Source: Acidimicrobiia bacterium
GTDB lineage: Bacteria; Actinomycetota; Acidimicrobiia; UBA2766
Direction of reading: 5' to 3'
NCBI GenBank assembly: GCA_019695375.1
Contig: JAIBAC010000002.1
Coordinates: forward strand, 700-64,699
Length of the DNA: 64,000 nucleotides
In this document: one piece after another, positions 28,180 to 38,321 of the stretch
How positions within the stretch are numbered: position 1 is the stretch's first letter
Layout of the letters: every line of letters begins with the position of its first letter
The notes under the pieces: generated by a model
The model's database searches: none
What the model was told of the DNA's origin: nothing
Seen by the model: only the letters and a program-made list of their open reading frames with translations
Translations under genes and position numbers: made by a program

Positions 28180-29216
28180 CGCCCGTGGCCTCCGGCACGC
28201 CCACCCTCGGCGAGATCGCGATGCGATTCCTCGCGTTCGCCGACGCCGAGTGCGGGTCGTACGCGCCTACCTACGACCGGCTGTCGCGGGCGATCGCCGC
28301 CGACCCCGGGGCGGCCGCGTGTGTGTCGGCGGTGCGTCGCGGCCAGCAGCAGCCCAACGTGTTCTTCGGCGCCGCCCACCTGCACCTCGGCAGCGCCATC
28401 CGCGAGATCGACGACGCCGCATTCCTCGAGTGGTGCCACGCGAACCAGAACGTCCTCGCTCACGAGTGCGCAACGCGCCTCGTTCAGACGAACGAGGCAC
28501 GCCGCTCGTCGTTCCTGCTCCCTGCGCTGGCCCTCGTCGCGTCGGCGAGCCCCTCGCGTCCGCTCGCGCTCGTCGAGGTCGGCGCGTCAGCCGGCCTGCT
28601 CCTCGCGTTCGACAGGTACCGCTACGAGTACCGCTTCACGCCCGATGCCACGGTTGCAGCCACGGCCGGCGACCCGAACGCCCCCGTGCTCGTCGCCTGC
28701 GACCTGCGGAGCTCGCGGATACCACCCGTGGCCATCGACTCGGTCCCGCTCGTGGACCGGGTCGGGATCGATCTCGACCCGGTCCTGCCCACCGACACCG
28801 GTGCCGTCGAGTGGCTGCGAGCGCTGGTGTGGCCGGATCATCCGGACCGCCGTGCGCGCCTCGACGCCGCCCTCGCCCTCGTGGCTGCCGATCCTGTCCC
28901 ACTCGTGCGCGGAGATGCTCTGGAGGTGCTCGCCGCGGTGGTCGGCCGTCTCGGCGCCGGTGTCACACCGGTGGTGTTCCACACCGCCACCTTGATCCAC
29001 TTCGACGAGCGCGCAGGGCGCCGCTTCCGCGATCTCGTGCCGCGCATCGCGGCATCGCGCGGCGGTGACCTCGTCTGGGTCTTCGCGGAGTCGAGATCGA
29101 GCGTCGGGTGGAACGTCGAGGTCGTGGACTTCCGGGTGCCGGAACCCACACCCGTGCGGATCGCCGAGGTCAACGCGCATGGCACGTGGTTGCGCTGGAC
29201 GGTGAAGGAGAGATGA
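28176..29216 (+). CDS. DUF2332-family protein
   Basis: N-terminus MRFLAFADAECGSYAPTYDRLSRAIAADP resembles DUF2332. GTG 28176 overlaps the upstream TGA (GTGA). The alternative start is ATG 28221. Confidence 0.55.
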   Translation: MTPVASGTPTLGEIAMRFLAFADAECGSYAPTYDRLSRAIAADPGAAACVSAVRRGQQQPNVFFGAAHLHLGSAIREIDDAAFLEWCHANQNVLAHECATRLVQTNEARRSSFLLPALALVASASPSRPLALVEVGASAGLLLAFDRYRYEYRFTPDATVAATAGDPNAPVLVACDLRSSRIPPVAIDSVPLVDRVGIDLDPVLPTDTGAVEWLRALVWPDHPDRRARLDAALALVAADPVPLVRGDALEVLAAVVGRLGAGVTPVVFHTATLIHFDERAGRRFRDLVPRIAASRGGDLVWVFAESRSSVGWNVEVVDFRVPEPTPVRIAEVNAHGTWLRWTVKER

Positions 29217-29935
29217 CGATGGGATCCGAAGCCGCGCTCGAACCTGTTCCCGAGGACTGGAGCCGGGCACTCTGCGTCGTCGCCCACCCCGACGACCTCG
29301 AGTACGGAGCGGCGGCCGTCGTCGCCCGCTGGACACGTCAGGGAAAGGACGTCGGCTACGTGCTCGCGACCCGGGGTGAAGCGGGGATCGACGGGCTCCC
29401 CCCTGCCGAGACGGGGCCGTTGAGGGAGGCGGAGGAGCTGGCATCGGCCGCCGTCGTGGGGGTGGACGACGTCGTGTTCCTCGACCACGTCGACGGCCTC
29501 GTGGTCGACGGGCTCGACCTGAGGCGCGACATCGCCGAGCAGATCCGCCGCTTCCGCCCCGACGTGGTCGTCACGATGAACTTCGACCTGACCTGGGGAG
29601 GGGTCGCGGTCAACCACGCCGACCACCGCAACGTCGGTCTCGCGACCCTCGATGCGGTACGCCACGCCGCGAACCGCTGGCTCGACCCCGGTCTCGGTGA
29701 ACCGTGGGGTGGAGTCCGTTTCGCCCTCGTGGCAGGCGCGTCCACCGCGAGTCACTACGTCGACGTGTCCGCGACGCTCGAGTCCGGCATCGAGTCACTT
29801 CGCCTGCACCGTGCGTACATCGACGGGCTCGGCTCCGGCTTCGACCCAGACGACTTCCTCCGGTCCAACGCGAAGCGCCAGGGCGAGATGGCCGGCATCG
29901 ATCACGCCGTCACGTTCAGGCTGTACGAGGCGTAG
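29213..29935 (+). CDS. PIG-L/LmbE-family N-acetylglucosaminyl deacetylase-like protein
   Basis: VVAHPDDLEYGAA is the AHPDDE zinc-site motif. Start overlaps the upstream stop (ATGA 29213..29216). Confidence 0.85.
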   Translation: MTMGSEAALEPVPEDWSRALCVVAHPDDLEYGAAAVVARWTRQGKDVGYVLATRGEAGIDGLPPAETGPLREAEELASAAVVGVDDVVFLDHVDGLVVDGLDLRRDIAEQIRRFRPDVVVTMNFDLTWGGVAVNHADHRNVGLATLDAVRHAANRWLDPGLGEPWGGVRFALVAGASTASHYVDVSATLESGIESLRLHRAYIDGLGSGFDPDDFLRSNAKRQGEMAGIDHAVTFRLYEA

Positions 29936-29996
29936 TGACCACGCGCCGGGGAGAGCGTTCCGGAGGGGGCCGCCCCCACCATCGGGCGCCTTGCCT

Positions 29997-30467
29997 CTAG
30001 TAGATGCCGCCGAGCTTGCGGTGGTCCCAGCTCATCACGCGCACGGGGACGACCTTGAGCACCGCTCGCTTCGCTGCACGCTGGCGCACCGCGTCCTGGG
30101 CGTCGGGGCCGAGGACGCGCACATCGACTCCCTCGTAGCGGGCGGTCATGTCGAACATGACCTCGGCCGCGAGGTCGGGATCGTCGATGATCGCGGCATC
30201 ACCCTGGATCATCACGCCGCGCAGCTCCGCATATGCATTCCCGTCCTCGAGCAGCACGCTGATCTTGGGGTTGCGCCGCGCGTTGAGGATCTTCTGTGAC
30301 TTCGCGTAGGTCGCGAAGTGGATCGTGCCGTCGAGGAGGCCGTACCACATCGCGGTCGTGTGCGGGTAGCCGTCGCTGCCGATCGTGGTCAGGCTCGCGT
30401 TGTGGGCGGCGGCGAGGAACTCCGCACGCTCGGTTTCGCTCATCTGGATCAGGTCTCGACGGCTCAT
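29997..30467 (-). CDS. PPOX-class (pyridoxamine 5'-phosphate oxidase-like) probable F420-dependent enzyme
   Basis: MSRRDLIQMSETERAEFLAAAHNASLTTIGSDGYPHTTAMWY matches the split-barrel PPOX family. Confidence 0.7.
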   Translation of the reverse strand: MSRRDLIQMSETERAEFLAAAHNASLTTIGSDGYPHTTAMWYGLLDGTIHFATYAKSQKILNARRNPKISVLLEDGNAYAELRGVMIQGDAAIIDDPDLAAEVMFDMTARYEGVDVRVLGPDAQDAVRQRAAKRAVLKVVPVRVMSWDHRKLGGIY

Positions 30468-30603
30468 GGCGACCGAGGGTACCGGTGCCGGCCGCGCAAG
30501 CGTCGCGGGCATCCGAGAAGGGACGCGGTCGGGCGCCATCGAACTAACGGACAACCACGTCCCGATCCCGCTGCTCGCGGGGCCTCCGATTTCGGGAGGA
30601 CCG

Positions 30604-31596
30604 ATGTCCGGACTCGCAGTGATCGCCTCGAGGCCGTCGCCCGATGACCCGCTAGCCGCGCTCGAGATCGTCGATGCGCCCGAAGTGAAGCCCCTCGACG
30701 GCGACACCGTCGTGCCTGTGGTCGCTGCCGCCTTGAACCACCACGACCTGTGGGCGCTGCGCGGCGTCGGCGCCGCGCTCGAATCGTTCCCGTGCGTGCT
30801 CGGCAACGACGGCGCCGGCGACGGCTACGTCCTGTATCCGGTGATCGGATGCGACGACACGGAGAACTGCTACGGATGTCGTGTCGGCGACCAGTCGCTG
30901 TGCCGCCGGTTGACGGTGATCGGCGAGGGCCGGCCCGGCACGATGGCGCCCGCCGTCGCCCTTCCAGCGGCCAACGTCGTGCCCAGCCCCGTGAGCCTCA
31001 CCCCTGCGGAGGCCGCGTGCCTCCCCGCCGCGTACATGACGGCCTTCAACATGCTGTTCCGCGCATCTCAGCCCGAGCCCGGTGACACGGTCATGGTCAC
31101 GGGCGCGACCGGTGGCCTCGGCGTCGCGGCCCTGCAGCTCGGCGCCGCCGCCGGCTTCAGGATGGTCGCGCAGGTGCGCCGCCCTGAGGTCGCGTCCCAG
31201 CTCGAAGAGCTCGGCGCGGATGTCGTGATCAGCACCGAGGACAACCCCAAGCGCGTCATCGGCGGCGAGGTCGACGTCGTGATCGAGAGCGTGGGCGAGG
31301 CGACCTGGTCGACGAGCCTGCGCTCGTTGCGCTCGGGCGGCACCGTGGTTGTGGCCGGCGCGACCTCGGGTGCCAACCCACCCGCCGACCTCCAGCGTGT
31401 GTTCTGGCGTCAGATCCGCATCGCCGGCGCCTCGCTCGGATCCCTCGACGACTTCGAGGCGCTCGTCAAGTTCGTCGACGACCGCGGTGTCAAGCCCCAC
31501 ATCGCCGCCCGGTACCACGTGACCGAGGCGCACGCCGCCTTCGAGCACCTCTACAGAGGCGGCCCGATCGGCAAGATCGTGCTCGAGCTGACCTGA
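30604..31596 (+). CDS. Zinc-binding alcohol dehydrogenase/quinone oxidoreductase (MDR family)
   Basis: VTGATGGLGVAALQLGAAAGFRMVA is the Rossmann motif. About 330 aa. Confidence 0.85.
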   Translation: MSGLAVIASRPSPDDPLAALEIVDAPEVKPLDGDTVVPVVAAALNHHDLWALRGVGAALESFPCVLGNDGAGDGYVLYPVIGCDDTENCYGCRVGDQSLCRRLTVIGEGRPGTMAPAVALPAANVVPSPVSLTPAEAACLPAAYMTAFNMLFRASQPEPGDTVMVTGATGGLGVAALQLGAAAGFRMVAQVRRPEVASQLEELGADVVISTEDNPKRVIGGEVDVVIESVGEATWSTSLRSLRSGGTVVVAGATSGANPPADLQRVFWRQIRIAGASLGSLDDFEALVKFVDDRGVKPHIAARYHVTEAHAAFEHLYRGGPIGKIVLELT

Positions 31597-31649
31597 CGTC
31601 GAGGTCGGTGTCATCAGGATCGAGTGACCGGCGCGCGTAGGCTCCTGGC

Positions 31650-33116
31650 GTGGTCCGAGCGTGCCGAGGTCTCATCGCATCTGTGGCCACAGCAGCCATC
31701 GCGCTTGTTGCCGCCTGCAGCCCGCCCGGCGAGCAGGCCGGCCACGGCGTCGGCCACGTCGACGACGGCGTTATGCGCATCGGGGTCGTCGGCGCCTTCA
31801 GCGGCGACCTGTCCTATGTGGGCAAAGGCGTCGAGGGCGGCGTTCGCTATGCCGTCGACGAGCGCAACGACGGTGGCGGCTTCGGTGGCCGTGACGTGGA
31901 GATCGTCACGTGCGACGGCAAGTTCCAGCCGTCCACCGAACGCGACTGCCTGACCAAGCTCGTGAGCGAGGACGCGGTGGACGCGATCGTCCTCGACGAC
32001 CCTCAGCTCCCGGCGCTCGACGCACGGTTCGTGGCGAACCTCGACGTGCCTGTGATGCTGCCGGTGATCCCACCACCCACGATGGACGCCACGACGCTGC
32101 CGAACGCGTTCGCGTATCCGCCGCGTTCGGACTCGCCCGAGGTGCTCGCCGCGTGGCTCGCGCAGAAGTACCCGGGTGCCGCGGTCGGGCTGGTCGCAGC
32201 AGACGACTCGATCACCGACATCGGACTCGCAGACGTCGAGGTCGCGCTCGAGGGTGCAGGCCTCCGCGTGGTCGCCAAGGAGCGGTTCTCCGCCGGTGAC
32301 GCAGACATGACACCGCAGGTCCGCGCGCTGCAGTCCGCCGGCGCGGTCGTGATGGTGCCCCTCGCTCTCGGTGCCGACGCCGCCCACGCAGTGCAGGCCG
32401 CCGACCGCATCGGCTACCACCCGCAGGTTGCCGGCACCGAGACCCTGTACATGAGCGCCTATCGCGAGATCGCCGGTCCGCTCAGCAACGACACCGTTCT
32501 GACGCTGCCTCACGGGGCCGACCAGGTGGGCGTCTCCGTCGAGCTCCTCCAGTGGCTCTTCGACTACTTCCGCCGTTACGGAGTGCGCGTGCTGCAGGTG
32601 AACGGCTCGTTCTCGCCCGATTACCCAGGCCTCGAGCTCCTGTCGTACGAGATGACCGACGCCGTGCTCGAGGCCGCGCACGACGCCGACACCACCGAAC
32701 CCGACGCCGTGGTGCGCGAGCTGCAGCGCCCGAGTGGGTTCGCCGGGGTGGGCCGCCGGTTGAAGGTCGATCCCGCCACCAACGAGTTCGCGGTGACACC
32801 GCCGTTCCAGACCTGGATAGCACGGTTCAAGAACGGCCACGTCCTCTACGACTGGGATCCGCGCGCGGCGCCCGCGATCGAGGACGCGCGTTACGCCGTC
32901 GAGGACTGGTTCCTGACCGACGGCAAGGTGCCCGAGCTGAACGCGCAGACCGTGGTCGACCTCGCGCAGCGCTGGGTCGACGAGCTGACCGCACGCCAGA
33001 CGGATGCGGTCGCACAGATGGGCCAGGCCGCCTACGACGACCTCCTGTCCCGCTCGCAGCAGGGTCTCGAACTGGCCCGGCTCCTCGTCAAGCAGCAATC
33101 ATCCGGGTCGAACTAG
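31650..33116 (+). CDS. ABC-transporter substrate-binding lipoprotein (branched-chain amino acid/LivK-like)
   Basis: GTG start. Lipobox LVAACS. Periplasmic-binding-protein type-I composition. Confidence 0.75.
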   Translation: MVRACRGLIASVATAAIALVAACSPPGEQAGHGVGHVDDGVMRIGVVGAFSGDLSYVGKGVEGGVRYAVDERNDGGGFGGRDVEIVTCDGKFQPSTERDCLTKLVSEDAVDAIVLDDPQLPALDARFVANLDVPVMLPVIPPPTMDATTLPNAFAYPPRSDSPEVLAAWLAQKYPGAAVGLVAADDSITDIGLADVEVALEGAGLRVVAKERFSAGDADMTPQVRALQSAGAVVMVPLALGADAAHAVQAADRIGYHPQVAGTETLYMSAYREIAGPLSNDTVLTLPHGADQVGVSVELLQWLFDYFRRYGVRVLQVNGSFSPDYPGLELLSYEMTDAVLEAAHDADTTEPDAVVRELQRPSGFAGVGRRLKVDPATNEFAVTPPFQTWIARFKNGHVLYDWDPRAAPAIEDARYAVEDWFLTDGKVPELNAQTVVDLAQRWVDELTARQTDAVAQMGQAAYDDLLSRSQQGLELARLLVKQQSSGSN

Positions 33117-33146
33117 GCGTACACACCAGCGAGACCTGGGGATCAG

Positions 33147-34316
33147 TTGGACTTCGACCTACCGCCGGAAGCCGAGGAATACCGCGACGCCGTGCGGGCA
33201 TGGATCGCAGATCACCCCAAGCCGTCGGCGCGTGAGCTCGCCGAGGCAGGTTACGTGGCGCCGCACTGGCCCAAGCCGTACGGGCTCGACGCCGACCCGA
33301 TCCAGCAGATCGTGGTCGACGCGGAGCTCAAGGCGGCGGGGATCTCGCGGCCGGGGAACATCATCGGTATCGGCTGGGCGGGCCCGACGTTGATCTACGC
33401 CGGCACCGAGGAGCAGAAGCAGCGGTACCTGCCGGGCATCCTCTCGGGCGACGAGGTCTGGTGCCAGCTCTTCAGCGAACCCGGTGCCGGCAGCGACCTC
33501 GCAGACCTGTCGACGCGGGCCGTGCGCGACGGTGACGAGTGGGTCGTCACGGGCCAGAAGATCTGGACGTCGCTCGCGCAGCACTCCAAGTTCGGCATCC
33601 TCCTCGCGCGCACCGATCCGAACGCCACCAAGCAGGAGGGCATCTCCTACTTCGTGTGCCCGATGGACTCACCCGGCATCGAGATCCGCCCGATCATCGA
33701 GATGACCGGCGTGCACACCTTCAACGAGGTGTTCCTCGACGAGGTGCGCATCCCGGCGGCGAACCTCGTGGGCGAGGTCAACAGGGGGTGGAAGCTCGCC
33801 AAGGTCACCCTCGGCAACGAGCGTGTGTCGCTGTCGGGCGAGGGTGCGCTCTGGGGCGCGGGGCCGACGGCGGCCGACCTCGTGTCGCTGGTGCGCCAGG
33901 GGGGCGGCTGCGCCGACCCGCACCTGCGCCAGCAGCTCGCGTCGGTGTTTGCCGAGGGCGAGGTGCTGCGCCTGATCAGGCTGCGGACCGTGAGCGCTGC
34001 GATCGCTGGGCGTGAGCCCGGACCAGAGGCATCGATCCGCAAGGCCCTCGCCGACGAGCACGGCCAGCACGTCATGGGCGTCGCCAAGGCACTCGCCGGG
34101 GCGCGGGGAATGCTGAGCGGAACCGGGTCCTACGGGGGTCCCGAGGCGCTCGTAGCCAACGAGATCTGGAACCACGGCTTCCTCTTCGCGCCCGCGCTCA
34201 CGATCGGTGGGGGTACGTCGGAGGTGCAGCGCAACATAATCGGCGAGCGCGTCCTCGACCTCCCCCGCGAGCCCGATCCCACCGCCACCAAGGGATGGGC
34301 CGAGCTCCACGCGTGA
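33147..34316 (+). CDS. Acyl-CoA dehydrogenase family protein
   Basis: MDFDLPPEAEEYRDAVRAWI... GQKIWTSLAQHS ... NIIGERVL. TTG start as given by the ORF track. Confidence 0.85.
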   Translation: MDFDLPPEAEEYRDAVRAWIADHPKPSARELAEAGYVAPHWPKPYGLDADPIQQIVVDAELKAAGISRPGNIIGIGWAGPTLIYAGTEEQKQRYLPGILSGDEVWCQLFSEPGAGSDLADLSTRAVRDGDEWVVTGQKIWTSLAQHSKFGILLARTDPNATKQEGISYFVCPMDSPGIEIRPIIEMTGVHTFNEVFLDEVRIPAANLVGEVNRGWKLAKVTLGNERVSLSGEGALWGAGPTAADLVSLVRQGGGCADPHLRQQLASVFAEGEVLRLIRLRTVSAAIAGREPGPEASIRKALADEHGQHVMGVAKALAGARGMLSGTGSYGGPEALVANEIWNHGFLFAPALTIGGGTSEVQRNIIGERVLDLPREPDPTATKGWAELHA

Positions 34317-34383
34317 CCCCCAACCGCCCCAAACGCGGGTGGTTTGACGTGGTGGCGGGATGGGTTGCCCGCGTTTGGGGGGC

Positions 34384-36363
34384 CTAGGGGTCGAAGCGGA
34401 GTGGACAGCCCCCCTGAGTCGGGTTGGGGACGAGGTCTGCGTCGTTGACGACGGCGGTCCCCGTCGCCGCCCACGAGTCGACGAAACCACGAACCAGCTC
34501 GGGGTTGGCGCGACCCACGAAGTGCATACCCGGTATCTCGACGAGCACGCCGGTGCGGTCGCCTCCGAGGTTCTCGCTGATCGGACGGTCGAGCGCGGGT
34601 CTTCCCTGGATCGTCTCGATCCCGGGAACCGGCGTGAGCACAGGGTTGGCGACGTCGAAGCCCGCCGCGGTCGCGAGATGGAAGGCGGCCTCCCGCGGCT
34701 GGCAGCCGTCGTCCATGCCGTTGGTCATGAGCACGTTCGGCGTGAGGATCCCCGACGCGTAGTTGGACGAGTCGCCCGCCTCTGCGAGGGTCTGGAGGAG
34801 CTGTGGGATCGGGTGCGGCTCCGACAGCTCCGAGCGGCCGGTGAACAGGAGCGTGTCAACCAGGGGGCGGATGTCTCCACGGTGGATGATGGCGTGGTAG
34901 AGGCCCGCGCCCGCGCTCGAGAGGAACGCGGCACCGAATCCCGGGTCGACGGCGAGTGCCGGCGCCACCGAGGTCGACCCCTGGCTGTGGCCCGAGTACA
35001 GGACCCTGGAGGGGTCGGTGACGAGCGTCAGGGCCGACCCGTCGCCGGGGTCGACGGTGGTGGTGAACGAACTTCCGAGACGGCGGAGGAAGCTCGCGTC
35101 GGCCGCCTGCTGCAGCTGGTTGTCGCGCCCGGCGACGGGGTTGAAGAAGTTGTAGAAGGCGAGCTCGGTGAGGTTGAACCCCCCAAGGTTGATCCCGAGC
35201 GCCGCGAGCCGCTGGCCGAACTCGGCAAGGCCGGGATCGGCACGGTCACCCGAGAAGTACGGCGCGATCGAGAACACGGCGACGTCGAGGTCCGCGGGCG
35301 CCGCGTAGTAGAGGCGCACGAAGTCGGTCGCCCGCGAGTAGTCGGCGCCCGTACCGTCGATGTGGGTGACGATCGGCCAGCCTCCCGGTGGCGGAGGGGT
35401 GCACGGGAACACCGCGCGGAAGTGCACGGGCTCGTCGAACTGCTTCACGGCCCTGCCGTTCTCGACGACGATGTTCCCGCCCGCGTCGAGGTACGGCGGT
35501 CTGCCGGCTTGCCAGCGCGGCAGGTCGGCGACACCGTCGAGCGTCACGCGTCCGCCACCCGCCGCGCAGCTCGTGACCACCTGGACGTCGCGAGCGGCCG
35601 GCAGCGGCAGCTCCTCGGATGCCGCCTGGATCGCCGCCATCGTCGGCCGGATCGTCTGGGTCGTGTACGACGTGAACGCGACGACGTCGCTCAAGTCCCA
35701 GGCGGTGTCCGAACCGACGTAGTCCTTCACGGCCTGCCACTGCTGTTGCAGGGCCTCGAACTTGTCCTCGGTGTAGCCACTCTGCGGTGTCCAGGGCTGA
35801 TCGAGGCGGGGCAGGTACCTGGCGGCGTCGACCGCCGCCCCTTCGGACGTGCGCAGGCCGTCGAAGAGCACCACGGCATACGTGGTCGCCTCGTCGAGTG
35901 GGAAACCGGGGTACGGCATCACGCTGAGCAGGTTGGCGGGCTTGTACAGGCTCGGCGCCGACGTGAACGTGGATTGCGCCGGGATGCGGCGGCCTCTGTT
36001 GGGGGAGTCGGGGTCGACGTCGACGATCATCACGGGCGACGCGTCCTCGAGCGATGCGTTCGGGCTGGGCAGCGACGTCGTGTCGATCTGCCCGTCGAAG
36101 GTGAAGTACGCCGACGCGTTCGGCCCGAACCCCTTGGTCGCGACCTCGCCGCGTTGCATGACCATGTTGACGATGCCGTTCCAGCGGCCGGGGAACCCTG
36201 CGAGGTCGATCGTGCCGTCGGGACGTGTGCGCACGTCGTTGGGCCACGGTGTTGCGAAGAAGCCGCCCTGGCCCCCGGGCGTCATGTTCGGCCGCACGTC
36301 GCAGGCGGCCAGCGCGGCGACGGCCGCAGCGACGGCGACCACCTGCCGGAGCCTGATCCTCAT
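34384..36363 (-). CDS. Secreted lipoprotein, putative alpha/beta hydrolase (GHSQG serine motif)
   Basis: MRIRLRQVVAVAAAVAALAACDV is a lipobox with cysteine. GHSQGSTSV is GxSxG. RBS GGAGGA lies before ATG 36363. Confidence 0.6.
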   Translation of the reverse strand: MRIRLRQVVAVAAAVAALAACDVRPNMTPGGQGGFFATPWPNDVRTRPDGTIDLAGFPGRWNGIVNMVMQRGEVATKGFGPNASAYFTFDGQIDTTSLPSPNASLEDASPVMIVDVDPDSPNRGRRIPAQSTFTSAPSLYKPANLLSVMPYPGFPLDEATTYAVVLFDGLRTSEGAAVDAARYLPRLDQPWTPQSGYTEDKFEALQQQWQAVKDYVGSDTAWDLSDVVAFTSYTTQTIRPTMAAIQAASEELPLPAARDVQVVTSCAAGGGRVTLDGVADLPRWQAGRPPYLDAGGNIVVENGRAVKQFDEPVHFRAVFPCTPPPPGGWPIVTHIDGTGADYSRATDFVRLYYAAPADLDVAVFSIAPYFSGDRADPGLAEFGQRLAALGINLGGFNLTELAFYNFFNPVAGRDNQLQQAADASFLRRLGSSFTTTVDPGDGSALTLVTDPSRVLYSGHSQGSTSVAPALAVDPGFGAAFLSSAGAGLYHAIIHRGDIRPLVDTLLFTGRSELSEPHPIPQLLQTLAEAGDSSNYASGILTPNVLMTNGMDDGCQPREAAFHLATAAGFDVANPVLTPVPGIETIQGRPALDRPISENLGGDRTGVLVEIPGMHFVGRANPELVRGFVDSWAATGTAVVNDADLVPNPTQGGCPLRFDP

Positions 36364-36459
36364 GGATTCCTCCCCGCTCCGCGGCATCGACCCGCGGCCG
36401 TCCCCCAAGGTCGTCCTCAGGTTTGCGTTCGACGCGGCTGGGCGCGCATCCTGGCCGGC

Positions 36460-37287
36460 ATGATCACCCGGCTCCACCACGTCGCCGCCGTCGTCCCGAC
36501 CCTCGAGGACGGGGTGTCCGTGTGGCGTGACATCTTCGGCCTTCACGTCGAGTGCGAGGCGACGGTACCCGAACAAGGCGTGCGCGCGTGTCTGCTGCCC
36601 TGCGGTGACGGCGAGATCGAGCTGCTGCAGCCGCTCGATCCCGACGGCGCGATCGCAGGCTTCGCCGCCCGCGGCGGCGGTGTGCACCACGTCTGCTTCG
36701 AGTCCGACGACGTCGCCGCCGAGCTGAGCCGCATGGCTGCGGCGGGGGTGCGCCTCATCGACGAGGTGCCGCGGCCGGGCCTCGCAGGCCGCATCGGCTT
36801 CGTGCACCCGAAGGCGACGCTCGGCTCCCTCGTCGAGATCGCGACGCCCGGCGCGGGTGTCGCGGTCGAGGCCTACGCCGTGCCCGAACCGGCCGCGCCG
36901 GCACCGGTCCCTGTGCGCCGCTACAGCCACCTCACCTACTGCGTCGAGAACTTCGACGCGGCCGCCGAGCTCTTCGACGCGAACTTCGGACTCGAGGCTG
37001 CGCTCAACCCGCACGAGGTCGAGTACCTCGGGGGTGAGGCGCTGCGCGTCCCGCTCGCGAACGCAGCCGTCGAGCTGGCGCGCCCGATGGACGCCGGCGG
37101 TTGGCTCGACCGGCGCCTGTCCCAGCGCGGCGAGGGCGCCGCGGTGCTGCACCTCGAGCTCGGCGCCGCGACCGTCCCGGAAGAGGCCGAGCTGCGCGGG
37201 CTCGGTTTCGACGTCGAGGATCTCGGCGACGGGACCACGATGCTCTCTGGTGAGCGCACCGGCGGCATGTGCATCGCCCTGTCGTGA
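36460..37287 (+). CDS. Tandem VOC/glyoxalase-fold protein (methylmalonyl-CoA epimerase-like)
   Basis: MITRLHHVAAVVPTLEDGVSVWRDIFGL... second VOC unit YSHLTYCVENFDAAAELF. Confidence 0.7.
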   Translation: MITRLHHVAAVVPTLEDGVSVWRDIFGLHVECEATVPEQGVRACLLPCGDGEIELLQPLDPDGAIAGFAARGGGVHHVCFESDDVAAELSRMAAAGVRLIDEVPRPGLAGRIGFVHPKATLGSLVEIATPGAGVAVEAYAVPEPAAPAPVPVRRYSHLTYCVENFDAAAELFDANFGLEAALNPHEVEYLGGEALRVPLANAAVELARPMDAGGWLDRRLSQRGEGAAVLHLELGAATVPEEAELRGLGFDVEDLGDGTTMLSGERTGGMCIALS

Positions 37288-37306
37288 GCCGAGCGTGAGG
37301 CCGGGC

Positions 37307-38302
37307 TCAGAGCCACGGATCGACGAGGATCTTCGGCGGCGCGTCAGCGGTGGCGAGGCGGTCGAAGGTCTCTTCGGTCGCCTCGAGCGGCACGACGTGG
37401 GCCGACAGCGGTGCTGTGTCGACGCGGCCGTCGGCGAGAGACGCGACGGCGTCGGGGAATGCGCCTCCGTAGGCGAGCACCCCGCGGATCGTGACCTCTT
37501 TGACCATCCACACCACCGGCAGGACGGTGGTGGGCACCTCGACCACGCCGAGGAGCACTACCGTGCCACCGGAGGCCACGATCTGCGTCGCCTCCTGCAG
37601 CACCGATCCGACGCCGGTGCAGTCGAACACGACGGACGGCGCGTGCGAACGCGACATGGCCGCCGCTGGCTCGCACGTCTCGAAGCCGAGCAGCCCGAGC
37701 GTCTCACGGCGGACTGCGACCGGTTCGCTCACGAAGAAGTCGGTCACCCCCGTGGCCCGCAGGCCGACGGCAGCCATCACGCCGATCGAACCACCGCCGA
37801 GCACGACAGCACGCTCGCCGGCGCCGATGCCTGACGCGGCGACGCCGTGGAATCCGACGGCGAGCGGCTCGGCGAGGGCGCCCACGTGGGGCGGCACGCC
37901 GTCGGGGAGCCTGAAGAGCTGGCCGGGCCAGACGCTCACGTACTCGGCGAGCCCGCCTGGACGGATCCCGAGGCCCATCGTGTAGGGCGTCTGGTTGATG
38001 CAGAGCTGCGGACGGCCCGCACTGCACTGCGCGCACGCCCCGCACGGCAACGTCGGCATGACAGCCACTGCGTCGCCCACTGCCCAGCCTTCCACGTCGG
38101 ATCCGAGCGCCTCGACGGTCCCTCCGATCTCGTGGCCCATCGACATGCCGGGGAACACGAGGCCCGCGCGGCGCATGTGGACGTCCGAGCCGCACACGCC
38201 GCACGCGGCGACCCGCACCAGCACCTGGTCAGGGCCGACATCCGGCTCGGGCACGGACTTGACCTCGAAGTGCCCACCCTCGGCCACGATCGCGGCTCGC
38301 AT
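37307..38302 (-). CDS. Zinc-dependent alcohol dehydrogenase (threonine/sorbitol dehydrogenase-like)
   Basis: ACGVCGSDVH catalytic Zn motif. Structural Zn cluster CGACAQCSAGRPQLC. GxGxxG. Confidence 0.85.
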   Translation of the reverse strand: MRAAIVAEGGHFEVKSVPEPDVGPDQVLVRVAACGVCGSDVHMRRAGLVFPGMSMGHEIGGTVEALGSDVEGWAVGDAVAVMPTLPCGACAQCSAGRPQLCINQTPYTMGLGIRPGGLAEYVSVWPGQLFRLPDGVPPHVGALAEPLAVGFHGVAASGIGAGERAVVLGGGSIGVMAAVGLRATGVTDFFVSEPVAVRRETLGLLGFETCEPAAAMSRSHAPSVVFDCTGVGSVLQEATQIVASGGTVVLLGVVEVPTTVLPVVWMVKEVTIRGVLAYGGAFPDAVASLADGRVDTAPLSAHVVPLEATEETFDRLATADAPPKILVDPWL

Positions 38303-38321
38303 CGGCTCATGCTGGCACGTC

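Noticed and set aside
34360-37287. 975-aa plus-strand ORF across the lipoprotein-hydrolase gene
   Set aside because: Only its last 275 codons (36460..37287) give a coherent VOC-fold protein. The upstream part is antisense to a motif-bearing secreted hydrolase and is R/G/E/V-rich.
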